From Macrostomum hystrix (Eukaryota > Animalia > Platyhelminthes): a DNA stretch of 64,000 nucleotides. Each line of letters starts with the position of its first letter. Within the stretch, counting starts at the first letter, position 1. The DNA lies in the NCBI GenBank assembly GCA_950097015.1, contig CATNEN010000007.1, positions 7,068,001 through 7,132,000 on the forward strand. The letters run 5' to 3'. The notes under the pieces are model-generated. The model searched no databases and was not told where the DNA came from. It saw only the letters and a program-made list of their open reading frames with translations. Positions 1-12,191 of the stretch are shown here, piece after piece. The translations under genes and the position numbers were made by a program.

Positions 1-104
1 GTGCCTGACATTCAGATCGTGGGCTGAGAGCTCAGAGTACAATAGTACTCCAAAACATAAATACAGAGACAGGGAAACAATTGGAGAACTCAAATCAATG
101 CGAG

Positions 105-850
105 TTTGATGGAGAGCAGATTGATGGAGAGAGAGGGAGATTGGTGGAGAGTGAGTAGATTGGTGGAGAGAGAGGAGATTGTTGGAGAGAGAGGAGATTG
201 GTGGAGAGAGAGGAGATTGATGGAGAGAGAGGGAGATTGGTGGAGAGAGAGGGAGATTGATGGAGAGAGAGGAGATTGATGGAGAGAGAGGAGATTGATT
301 GAGAGAGAGGGAGATTGATGGAGAGAGAGATTGACTGAGAAAGAGAGAGAGGGAGATTGATGGAGAGAGGGGAGATTGATGGAGACAGAGAGAGGGAGAT
401 TGATGGAGAGAGAGGGAGATTGATGGAGAGAGAGGGAGATTGATGGAGAGAGAGGGAGATTGGTGGAGAGAGAGGGAGATTGATGGAGAGAGAGGAGATT
501 GATGGAGAGAGAGGAGATTGATGGAGAGAGAGGAGATTGATTGAGAGAGAGGGAGATTGATGGAGAGAGAGATTGACTGAGAAAGAGAGAGAGGGAGATT
601 GATGGAGAGAGGGGAGATTGATGGAGACAGAGAGAGGGAGATTGATGGAGAGAGAGGGAGATTGATGGAGAACGAGAGGGAGAGAGAGGGAGATTGATGG
701 AGAGAGGGGAGATTGATGGAGACAGAGAGAGGGAGATTGATGGAGAGAGAGGGAGATTGATGGAGAACGAGAGGGAGATTGATGGAGAGAGAGATTGACT
801 GAGAAAGAGAGAGAGGGAGATTGATGGAGAGAGGGGGAGATTGATGGAGA
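105..850. repeat. Purine-rich minisatellite, variable unit around GGAGATTGATGGAGAGAGA
   Basis: Direct inspection. Confidence 0.9.
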
Positions 851-1529
851 CAATAAGAAATTATTCGAGACCTTTGCTTTAGAATATCTGCAACATACTC
901 CCAAAACCAAGATCAGCATTATACTGAACTCAAAGGCCCTGAATGCAAATTCCTTGGTGATTAAGGTTGTCAAGAATTTCACCTTGAATTTCAACACGCA
1001 GCTGCTAGCGGGTTAAGCAAGTACGTAAAATATTAAAATAAGTTTATCTATATGTGAGCACACAGCTCAACAAGCGAGTTGCTAAGTGTGCTCGTAAATA
1101 GACTGTAAAAATCTGCATTTTTAGTGGCAAATCTCGACAAACGACATTGGACAATGGACAAATGCTCATTTGGCAATAAACTAACTTTATGCGAGTAGTT
1201 TGCGCTGCTGCGGTTGCTTTATTTCTAGCCATAAACTGAGAAACTCATTCGCGGTAGACCCGATGAAATTGGAGACAAGTTTCAGCAGCCTGTGATGAAG
1301 CGATAAACATTAGAATGAATTCTCAGAAATTCTCTTAACTTGAGAGCAACTCGAAACAATGCTTGCAAAGCTTATAGTTTTTGGTTTTTACGTATGTCAA
1401 AATAATTTTTATTGAATAGATTCCAATAAATTATGAATCAGTTAGTTTTAATGAAACTGAAAGTTAAAGTGCCTGATGGAGGATGAAAAGTAGTTTCGGA
1501 GAGGGACAGATGTGCAGGGGAAATGCTGA

Positions 1530-2222
1530 GAGAGAGAGGCAGAGGCAGAGGAAGAGGCAGAGGCAGAGGCAGAGGAAGAGGCAGAGGCAGAGGCAGAGGC
1601 AGAGGCAGAGGGAGAGGCAGAGGCAGAGGGAGAGGGAGAGGCAGAGGAAGAGGCAGAGGGAGAGGCAGAGGGAGAGGGAGAGGGAGAGGCAGAGGAAGAG
1701 GCAGAGGGAGAGGCAGATGCAGAGGAAGAGGCAGAGGAAGAGGCAGAGGCAGAGGCAGAGGGAGAGAGAGAGGCAGAGGGAGAGGGAGAGGGAGAGGGAG
1801 AGGCAGAGGGAGAGAGAGAGGCAGAGGGAGAGGGAGAGGGAGAGGTAGAGAAAGAGGGAGAGGAAGAGGCAGAGGGAGAGGGAGAGGGAAAGGCAGAGGG
1901 AGAGGAAGAGGGAGAGGAAGAGGGAGAGGGAGAGGGAGAGGTAGAGGCAGAGGCAGAGGTAGAGGGAGAGGGAGAGGCAGAGGGCGAGGGAGAGGGAGAG
2001 GGAGAGGCAGAGGCAGAGGGAGAGGCAGAGGGAGAGGGATAGGCAGAGGCAGATGGAGAGGCAGAGGGAGAGGCAGAGGCAGAGGTCGAGGCAGAGGGAG
2101 AGGGAGAGGCAGAGGGAGAGGGAGAGGCAGACGGAGAGGAGAGGCAGAGGCAGAGGGAGAGGCAGAGGCAGAGGGAGAGGGAGAGGCAGACGGAGAGGAG
2201 AGGCAGAGGCAGAGGGAGAGGG
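1530..2222. repeat. (GAGGCA/GAGGGA)n hexamer array
   Basis: Direct inspection. Confidence 0.95.
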
Positions 2223-2373
2223 AGCATTGGATGTGGGAAATAAAGACTGAAAGTAATGAACTTAAGAAAGTTGAGCTCAAAATAGAGAATTAGGGAGAGC
2301 GAATGAAGGAAGCATTGAGACATTTGAGAATGAGTCAGTTATGGATGCGAATTTTTCAACATGATTAGCTTAC

Positions 2374-2465
2374 AGCCACCTAATGCTGATCGCCAACTCT
2401 AGCTGTGCCGATAGCAGCAGTACTAGGGCGAGGGCGAGACCCAGTTGACGCGGCGAGAGTCGCAT
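2374..2465 (-). CDS. Probable first coding exon of a Wnt-family ligand (Wnt11-like N-terminus); remainder apparently outside the window
   Basis: ATG at 2465 gives MRLSPRQLGLALALVLLLSAQLELAISIRW(L), a signal peptide ending I-R-W-L, followed by a phase-2 GTAAGC donor at 2373. Wnt first exons typically end in a W-L/W-W motif at an intron (Wnt11: IKWL). No cysteine-rich Wnt exon was found in 1-2370, so the family call is inference. Confidence 0.5.
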
Positions 2466-3016
2466 TGCCAGCCGAATTGGCGATGGTGAAAGTGTCCGCT
2501 GTACCTGCTGAGTCTCCGGTCTGGTGGCGACCTTCTGTTTCTGCTTTTGTCGGCCGGTTAATTTGTTATAGGCCATCTCCCCGCCTCTCTCTCCCGCCCT
2601 CACAAAGGCAGCGCGGGGTCTTCGCAATTGGCTGTGAATAGCTCGGCGCGACACAGAGCATGCCCGGGTGCTGCCAGGGCTGGCGCCAAAGCCGCGGTAG
2701 AGAGCCAGACGGAGTGGGGGGCTGGCGCAGTTTCTATGGCTCTGGGAGCAGCCAGCCCGATAACACAACAAGGCTGGAATTCCTGCTGCTTCTGGTGCAG
2801 ATTTCCCCAAAATCTTTCTTGATTCACGCCAAAAAGCAGCTCCGCCGGATTTTACTGCTTATCTTTATGGGATCCATTGCGGGCAAGTAGGGATTTTTAC
2901 AATCGTCCAGGTCGCTGCTGGCGGCGCATGCTTAATCCCGCCTCAGTTGCCACAATGCGCGAATCTGCGCCACTTTACTGGGTAATGGGCTGGTGGGAAC
3001 CACCGCCTCAGGAGCG

Positions 3017-3390
3017 GAGAGGAGAGGAGTGGAGAGGAGAGGAGTGGAGAGGAGAGGAGAGGAGAGGAGAGGAGAGGAGAGGAGAGGAGAGGAGAGGAGA
3101 GGAGAGGAGAGGAGAGGAGAGGAGAGGAGAGGAGAGGAGAGGAAAGGAGAGGAGAGGAGAGGAGAGGAGAGGAGAGGAGAGGAGAGGAGAGGAGAGGAGA
3201 GGAGAGGAGAGGAGAGGAGAGGAGAGGAGAGGAGAGGAGAGGAGAGGAGAGGAGAGGAGAGGAGAGGAGAGGAGAGGAGAGGAGAGGAGAGGAGAGGAGA
3301 GGAGAGGAGAGGAGAGGAGAGGAGAGGAGAGGAGAGAAGAGGAGAGGAGAGGAGAGGAGAGGAGAGGAGAGAAGAGGAGACGAGAGGATA
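3017..3390. repeat. (GGAGA)n microsatellite
   Basis: Direct inspection. Confidence 0.95.
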
Positions 3391-4317
3391 GGAGTGGAGC
3401 ACTCTTGAAAGTTCTGAAGTTTGCGTTTGAAGTCGTAAAAGTAGAACTGATAGGAGGGATTTTTAGGCCAAATTTTCCAAGTCTCCATAATCCACAAACC
3501 AGCATTCTCATTACCCGAGAAGAAGTTCGTCTTCTTTCTTCTCTGATTCCAAATCCGTAAAACGAACACTCATATTCACAACCCAACAACTTTAGCTCAT
3601 CCTCCGAAAACAAAGATTCTCAATAAAAATGTTTCCAAGCGTCTCTACAGGATCTTACGAGTACTATGCCAAGCGTAAGTACCGATATAAAACTAGAATG
3701 CAGCGAGCACATGAAGAAATATTGGCCAAACGTCGATATCAATGTTCGTAATATTAATCTTAGCAGTTAAGGGTCACTGGTATCATAACTATGGAGTCAT
3801 TACAAGTGTACTAGTAAAATATAGACTCCGAATTGGGTACGTTTTAATTTTTACTTCAAAAGCAGTGAGCATTTTATACATTTTTATTTCTGCTTTGTGT
3901 ACAATTTTGCATCAGCTCTTTTTCAGGCTTTAGTTGTTCCATAACTTGCTACTATCATAAGTAGTTTATTAAGGGTATTATAGTATTCAAGCCACCTTAC
4001 GCAAAATGGAATGCAAAGTTCTTTGAAACCGGAATGTTGCCTTTTGGGGGGATCAAAAGCGTATGGGAGTTCTGTTATTTTAATTTGTTTTATTTTAGAC
4101 GTGAGAAATTTTCCCTGCGAAACTTTGGCATGTCGATAATTTTTACGGTGAATACGATGAACTCAAATATGGCGAGGCTGTACAAGTATGTGAGTGAGAG
4201 AGAAGCCTTTGGCGCGTGTCTTGAAATTTATGCTGTTGAGGGTCATGCCCAATCCCCTATGGCACAGTGAGAGTGTACACTGATTTAAGATGCGAAAGCC
4301 AAGGCAGATGTACACAA

Positions 4318-4850
4318 CTGTGTGTGAGTGTGTACCTGTGTGTGATTGTGTACCTGTGTGTGATTGTGTACCTGTGTGTGATTGTGTACCTGTGTGTGTG
4401 TGTACCTGTGTGTGAGTGTGTACCTGTGTGTGAGTGTGTACCTGTGTGTGAGTGTGCACCTGTGTGTGAGTGTGTACTCTGTGTGTGAGTGTGTACCTGT
4501 GTGTGAGTGTGTACCTGTGTGTGAGTGTGTACTCTGTGTGTGAGTGTGTACCTGTGTGTGAGTGTGTACCTGTGTGTGAGTGTGTACCTGTGTGTGAGTG
4601 TGTACCTGTGTGTGAGTGTGTACCTGTGTGTGAGTGTGTTACCTGTGTGTGAGTGTGTACCAGTGTGTGAGTGTGTACCTGTGTGTGAGTGTGTACCTCT
4701 GTGTGAGTGTGTACCTGTGTGTGAGTGTGTACCTGTGTGTGAGTGTGTACCTGTGTGTGAGTGTGTTACCTGTGTGTGAGTGTGTACCTGTGTGTGAGTG
4801 TGTACCTGTGTGTGAGTGTGTACCTGTGTGTGAGTGTGCACCTGTGTGTG
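4318..4850. repeat. 18-bp minisatellite TGTGTGTGAGTGTGTACC
   Basis: Direct inspection. Confidence 0.95.
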
Positions 4851-5496
4851 CTCACGGGTCAGCAGAACAGGCAAGCAGAATTGCCTCCTCGCTACTGCGA
4901 GTGGACTTTCTTCGAAGGATGGGCCAGTGCCTCTTCCAGAAAATATGATAAAATAGTTGTTTCATCACTGTCCCTTGCTTCCCTGGCTTTGGACCGTGCT
5001 ACAGATCCATTAAGCATTGTCAGAGCTTTGAAGTTACACCTTATTTACTTTCATTAGAGTTCTTGTGATTTTATGATGATATGTTTGCTGAAATTCTCAA
5101 ACAGTCAAGCAAAGCTCATTGCGCAACAGAAGTTGGAAGGCCGGCACAAGCAGAGAAGACAATATTCAAAGCACACAGGAAAATTTTGAGCTCTATCTGA
5201 AATCTGAATTCAGCCAACGTGCCAAACAAATGACAGACTCAAATGGGAAGCCAATCCAAGCGTTATGGAAAGCGGGAAACTAACTTTTTGTCTAGTTCTC
5301 AAATTCATTGTCAGTTATTTTCTGCGAATTATCCAACATGCTCGGCATCGACTGTCAGCTCAAGCCCTGCTCAGTTGAGCTGATCCTGCGACTGTTGCTG
5401 CGAAAATCATCTTTAATCTTTAATCCCTGGAATTTGGTCGGTGACTCTCGAGTAACTTTTAGAGCTTACTCATTAATTTAACAGTAGTTGTTAATA

Positions 5497-5811
5497 CAAC
5501 TCTAGAGCATTTGGTCATGCAACTCTGGAGCATTTGGTCATGCAACTCTGGAGCATTCGGTCATGCAACTCTGGAGCATTCGGTCATGCAACTCTGGAGC
5601 ATTTGGTCATGCAACTCTGGAGCATTTGGTCATGCAACTCTGGAGCAGTTGGTCATGCAACTCTGGAGCATTCGGTCATGCAACTCTGGAGCATTCGGTC
5701 ATGCAACTCTGGAGCATTCGGTCATGCAACTCTGGAGCATTTGGTCATGCAACTCTGGAGCATTCGGTCATGCAACTCTGGAGCATTCGGTCATGCAACT
5801 CTGGAGCATTC
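5497..5811. repeat. 23-bp minisatellite GGTCATGCAACTCTGGAGCATTY
   Basis: Direct inspection. Confidence 0.95.
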
Positions 5812-6721
5812 CATGCCTCCGATACTATTGTTTTTATTGTCGTGTATAATTATAGCACCAGAAGGACCCGGCCCGGTTGTAGCTGCAACATTTGTTTTCG
5901 TTCTCTCGGGAGTGTGACGAAGGCTTTAATGGTCTTGTCTCCCAGGTTACTATGGGATAAATACATGCTGTAGGAGGATTTGGGGGTTGTTAAGCCATTA
6001 AGGTAATTTTCTCTGAGAGTTTTTGAGTCCTGCAGACTCCGGCGCACGCCGCATCGATTTGGACGGGTGGGAAAATTCCAGGGGATGAGACGAAGGGAAT
6101 GGACTTCACACCTCTGGTCCGGCTGATGATTGCAGGGGATAGGGGTGGGCGATTGTCACCAACTCAATAGAAAATTGTTTCAAAGGGTCTGGAGCACTCA
6201 TGAATTTCAAGTTGAAACCGGAGAAAGTGATAAAACGCTTTTAAGACCCACCGAAGATTGGCCTGAGGTTCTTTGTCGTTCTCTAAGACTCCACGGTCTG
6301 GCATCCTATTGAACTGCTGAGACAATAACCTGAGTATACTGCCCGCCTAACAGAATATGACAGGCCGTGAGTGCATCTGATGCCCACTAAACTTTCTCAT
6401 TTACAACCCTCCCGCCTCTGCATGTCTCTTCTATTTTATTTTCCAAGCTGTTGAGTTGCGATGCGATTTCAGTCATATTTTAGTTCTGCATGCCAGAGGA
6501 GAGGCGATTAAATATTCATCGGGCCAATCTGTGAGATGATTTCTGTTCAAATCGAAATAGCAGTAGAAATTCTTTCCTTGTTGTCGGGGAAAGTGAAATC
6601 AGTATGTTGGACCTGTTGTATCTATGCGACTTGATTCAATTCAATTTAATCATCTATGTTTTATTACACAGGGCTCTTTCAAATTCTCTATTCATGATTC
6701 CATTCGGTCGGTGTCTTTCGA

Positions 6722-7130
6722 AAGGAGACAGGGCAGAGAGATAAGACAGGGCTGAGAGATAAGATAGGGCTGAGAGATAAGACAGGGCAGAGAGATAAGA
6801 CAGGGAGAGAGAGGTGAGGAGACAGTGGGAGAGAGGTGAGGAGACAGTGGGAGAGAGGTGAGGAGACAGTGGGAGAGTGGTGAGGAGACAGTGGGAGAGT
6901 GGTGAGGAGACAGTGGGAGAGAGGTGAGGAGACAGTGGGAGAGTGGTGAGGAGACAGTGGGAGAGAGGTGAGGAGACAGTGGGAGAGTGGTGAGGAGACA
7001 GTGGGAGAGAGGTGAGGAGACAGTGGGAGAGTGGTGAGGAGACAGTGGGAGAGAGGTGAGGAGACAGTGGGAGAGAGGTGAGGAGACAGTGGGAGAGAGG
7101 TGAGGAGACAGTGGGGGGAGGTGAGGAGGG
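6722..7130. repeat. Compound 18-bp then 22-bp (GAGGTGAGGAGACAGTGGGAGA) minisatellite
   Basis: Direct inspection. Confidence 0.9.
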
Positions 7131-8028
7131 ATAAATAGAAAATCTCCGAAAGCAGAGCACGGTAGCGTGGGGAAGCAAAGCCGAGAGTTTGTGCGGGGTC
7201 TCAGCAATGCGCTGAGCAGTTTTGAGTTTCCAGTGCGTGTCGAGTGTGCGGTCGCCGCCCGCCCCCTCCCTGGTCAAGCGTAGGTGGATCAGAGCTATTA
7301 GGAACTATTAACTTTGCCGGTATTGAATAATTAGCCCCACCGAGTTCATACCAGAGTTGGTGCTCACAACTGCCGCCCACACGGCACGGACTCGCTTATT
7401 CGAATACTGAATTGACTGCGGCCCTGGAGAATTTTATGCTGGTTTGTCAGGCCAAATTTATGATGGAGCTGTGAATCGCATCGCTTGTTCAAGATGCTAT
7501 AAAACATTGCATTTAGAGCACGCAGAGGTGCAATCAGGGGACTGGTAGCCTATTTATCCCCGCTCGTATAAAGAGAAACAAAAAACTTTATTGTTTGGTG
7601 CCATGGATACCCGGCTTAGAGTCGTGGATGCTAGAGTTTAAGCATTTCTGTCTCAATTATGCTTTTATACATTTGAGCAGTCTTTGCGGTTTTTTGAGCA
7701 CTAGAGGCTGATCGAGTTTTAGTGCTGAATGACACGTTGAGCAATTTGCCAAATTCTGCGGGAGATTTTTCAAACAGCCACTGGTGGGAACTCGCCCTGT
7801 TCGCTAAAATATCCTAAAATAGCTATAAAATCCCCTCGGGCCTTCTTGCATGGCAACTGCGGCACAACCAACTCCAGAGGGGCCACGTGCAACTCGGGGG
7901 GACAATCAAAATAAATCGATTTGAATCCTTTTAAGATATCATGATAGGAACCGTTTTAGTAGCGGTCAGACACTCACAATGATTGCATTGCTTGTTCTCA
8001 GATGAGTTCTATGACACAATTGTCAAGC

Positions 8029-10195
8029 TAATCTCAGGAGTCTAATCTCTGGTGTCTCTAATCACTGGTGTCTAATCTCTGGTGTCTAATCTCAGGTGTC
8101 TAATCTCTGGTGTCTAATCTCTGGTGTCTAATCTCTGGTGTCTAATCTCTGGTGTCTCTAATCACTGGTGTCTAATCTCTGGTGTCTAATCTCAGGTGTC
8201 TAATCTCTGGTGTCTAATCTCTGGTGTCTAATCTCTGGTGTCTAATCTCAGGTGTCTAATCTCTGGTGTCTAATCTCTGGTGTCTCTAATCACTGGTGTC
8301 TAATCACTGGTGTCTAATCTCTGGTGTCTAATCTCTGGTGTCTAATCACTGGTGTCTAATCTCTGGTGTCTAATCTCTGGTGTCTAATCTCTGGTGTCTA
8401 ATCTCTGGTGTCTAATCTCAGGTGTCTAATCTCTGGTGTCTAATCTCAGGTGTCTAATCTCTGGTGTCTAATCTCTGGTGTCTCTAATCACTGGTGTCTA
8501 ATCTCTGGTGTCTAATCTCTGGTGTCTAATCTCTGGTGTCTAATCTCTGGTGTCTAATCTCAGGTGTCTAATCTCTGGTGTCTAATCTCTGGTGTCTCTA
8601 ATCACTGGTGTCTAATCACTGGTGTCTAATCTCTGGTGTCTAATCTCTGGTGTCTAATCACTGGTGTCTAATCTCTGGTGTCTAATCTCTGGTGTCTAAT
8701 CTCTGGTGTCTAATCTCTGGTGTCTAATCTCAGGTGTCTAATCTCTGGTGTCTAATCTCAGGTGTCTAATCTCTGGTGTCTAATCTCTGGTGTCTCTAAT
8801 CACTGGTGTCTAATCTCTGGTGTCTAATCTCAGGTGTCTAATCTCTGGTGTCTAATCTCTGGTGTCTAATCTCTGGTGTCTCTAATCACTGGTGTCTAAT
8901 CTCTGGTGTCTCTAATCACTGGTGTCTAATCTCTGGTGTCTAATCTCAGGAGTCTAATCTCTGGTGTCTCTAATCACTGGTGCCTAATCTCTGGTGTCTA
9001 ATCTCTGGTGTCTAATCTCTGGTGTCTAATATCTGGTGTCTCTAATCACTGGTGTCTAATCTCTGGTGTCTCTAATCACTGGTGTCTAATCTCTGGTGTC
9101 TAATCTCTGGTGTCTAATCTCTGGTGTCTAATCTCTGGTGTCTAATCTCTGGTGTCTCTAATCACTGGTGTCTAATCTCTGGTGTCTCTAATCTCTGTTG
9201 TCTAATCTCTGGTGTCTAATCTTTAGTGTCTAATCTCTAGTGTCTAATCTCTAGTGTCTAATCTCTAGTGTCTAATCTCTGGTGTCTAATCTTTAGTGTC
9301 TAATCTCTAGTGTCTAATCTCTAGTGTCTAATCTCTAGTGTCTAATCTTTAGTGTCTAATCTTTAGTGTCTAATCTCTAGCGTCTAATCTCTGGTGTCTA
9401 ATCTCTAGTGTCTAATCTCTGGTGTCTAATCTCTGGTGTCTAATCTCTGGTGTCTAATCTCTAGTGTCTAATCTCTGGTGTCTAATCTCTGGTGTCTAAT
9501 CTCTGGTGTCTAATCTCTGGTGTCTAATCTCTGGTGTCTAATCTCTGGTGTCTCTAATCACTGGTGTCTAATCACTGGTGTCTAATCTCTGGTGTCTAAT
9601 CTCTGGTGTCTAATCACTGGTGTCTAATCTCTGGTGTCTAATCTCTGGTGTCTAATCTCTGGTGTCTAATCTCTGGTGTCTAATCTCAGGTGTCTAATCT
9701 CTGGTGTCTAATCTCTGGTGTCTCTAATCACTGGTGTCTAATCTCTGGTGTCTAATCTCTGGTGTCTAATCTCTGGTGTCTAATCTCTGGTGTCTAATCT
9801 CTGGTGTCTCTAATCACTGGTGTCTAATCTCTGGTGTCTCTAATCTCTGTTGTCTAATCTCTGGTGTCTAATCTTTAGTGTCTAATCTCTAGTGTCTAAT
9901 CTCTAGTGTCTAATCTCTAGTGTCTAATCTCTGGTGTCTAATCTTTAGTGTCTAATCTCTAGTGTCTAATCTCTAGTGTCTAATCTCTAGTGTCTAATCT
10001 TTAGTGTCTAATCTTTAGTGTCTAATCTCTAGCGTCTAATCTCTGGTGTCTAATCTCTAGTGTCTAATCTCTAGTGTCTAATCTCTAGTGTCTAATCTCT
10101 GGTGTCTAATCTCTAGTGTCTAATCTCTAGTGTCTAATCTCTGGTGTCTAATCTCTAGTGTCTAATCTCTAGCGTCTAATCTCTAATGTCTAATC
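8029..10195. repeat. 14-bp minisatellite TCTAATCTCTGGTG (about 150 units)
   Basis: Direct inspection; includes 15- and 16-bp variants. Confidence 0.97.
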
Positions 10196-11234
10196 AAGAT
10201 TTCGCCCTATTTTTTCTTGGAAATGCCTCGGAATGATTGTTATTTAATCTCTCAAGTGTGATTATTCTATCATCTAATCTCCTATTTAATGCGAGCTATC
10301 AGCAAGACTCATTTTTCACGATGAAGCATGAACCTTTCTGACGCTATCTAACTTCTAACATTTTCTGAAAATGATAGCAGTAGGCACTCTCAATTGTTTC
10401 CAAATAGGTTATTTTTGTATCTGGGCTCCATTGTTTTGGATTCAATGGGATTCAATAATGGGATTCAAAAGCTTTCGTGTAATAAACCATATAAATGCTT
10501 ATTGGATTTGTTCTAAAAATCATCTGAAAATTCGTGCCAGCCACGTGCGGACAATTTGAGCAGACTTCTCACTTTCACTCTTGAAGCATAATCTGAGCTC
10601 AGTGTTATTTTTGCATTCTCCAGAGCTCTTTGACATTGAGAAGTGGGTGGCGGCCATAGACAATTGAAAAGTGGGGGTGTGACATTTCTCCGATAGGAAT
10701 GAATAGGCGTATTTGAAATAGACCTCAATCATGATGCAACGGGTGTTTTCGCACGGCGTCAATTGTGTGTGTTTAGAACGGTGACCCTCATTGCCGCGGC
10801 CAAATCATAATCGGTTGCGTCACCAGCTTCTTGCGGAGAGGCGGCGCAGATCGTGACACGCAGCGAAGCTCTAATTTTGAAAGTGCATTGTGCAATCTGT
10901 CGGTCAAAGAAAGTTTCTCGATTTTTTGTAGATTTGTTTGACAAACAATGAAATGAGAGTTTGATTCTGCCAGCATTTGTATTTTGAAATTCTTGTATTT
11001 AATCTGCAATCGGCAGCAAATATTTTTCTACCTAAATATGACTGATGCGATTTTTATTTGCATTTTAACTAAAATTTAATAAACTAAACAAGCTTTACCA
11101 CAACTTAGAAAAGTAAAGCCGATTCATATTCTTAAATGGTGTGAATTCAAAAGAATTAAAAGGTAATACAAAAGCTTTGAATGACCATGAGGGTGCTAAA
11201 TAAAATATTTATTTTCCGCATAGAATGTCTCCGA

Positions 11235-11803
11235 AATCAGAAACTCCCTAAATCGGAAACTTCCCAAATCGGAAACTTCCCAAATCGGGAACTTCCCAAA
11301 TCATATACTTTCCAAATCATATACTTCCCAAATCATATACTTTCCAAATCAAAAACATCCCAAATCAGAAACTTCCGTAGTCAGAAACTTCCCAAATCAG
11401 AAAATTCCCAAATCAGAAACTTCCCAAATCGGGAACTTCCCAAATCATATACTTCCCAAATCATAAAATTCCCTAATCGGAATCTTCCTAAATCATAAAC
11501 CTCCCAAATCAGAAACTTCCCAAATCGGAAACTTCCCAAATCGGAAACTTCCCAAATCAGAAAATTCCCAAGTCAGAAACTTCCCAAATCGGGAACTTCC
11601 AAAATCAGAAACTTCCCTAATCGGAAACTTCCTAAATCATAAACCTCCCAAATCGGAAACTTCCCAAATCGGAAACTTCCCAAATCGGAAACTTCCCAAA
11701 TCGGAATCTTCCAAAATCATAAACCTCCCAAATCAGAAACCTCCCAAATCAGAAACTTCCCAAATCAGAAAATCCCTTAATCGGAAACTGCCCAAATTGG
11801 AAA
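11235..11803. repeat. 17-bp minisatellite AAATCGGAAACTTCCCA
   Basis: Direct inspection. Confidence 0.92.
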
Positions 11804-11935
11804 CTTTGACAAAACTGACAACAACCTGAAAAAAGGTAAAGCAGGAAGCGTCACAATGCAGTGGAGTACTGTGGTTCCGGTGCTACATTAATGCTTTCTT
11901 GCTTCCTGCTCGAATCGAGCTGACACCTCCGCATT

Positions 11936-12091
11936 GCCAATGACCAATGGGCAGTGACCAATGAGCAGAAGGGGGGCTAGACGCAGCTCAGCTGGTCATT
12001 GGTTGCGCGGAATCAGAGGAGAGAAGACTGACGGAACAATGGAGCAGGCCGAGGGGGGCGGCGGGGGCGGTCTGAGCACAGCGGCCATAAA
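11936..12091 (+). promoter_or_regulatory. Proximal promoter of the ASCL gene
   Basis: CCAAT at 11937, 11944 and 11958, ATTGG at 11998, E-box CAGCTG at 11989, GC boxes at about 12053-12070, and TATA-like CATAAA at 12086, about 100 nt upstream of the ATG. Confidence 0.5.
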
Positions 12092-12191
12092 GCAGGGAAT
12101 TCGATCGCTGGAAGACGCACTGAGGAACTCCAGATCGTAAAATCTACTCACCTTATTCTGACCTTCAACCATTACAAAAAACATTAATACA

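Noticed and set aside
95-7277. Long low-complexity ORFs (LP/RG/SSPLL/HTQV repeats)
   Set aside because: They are stop-free translations of tandem repeats in several frames and on both strands, with no unique coding signal.
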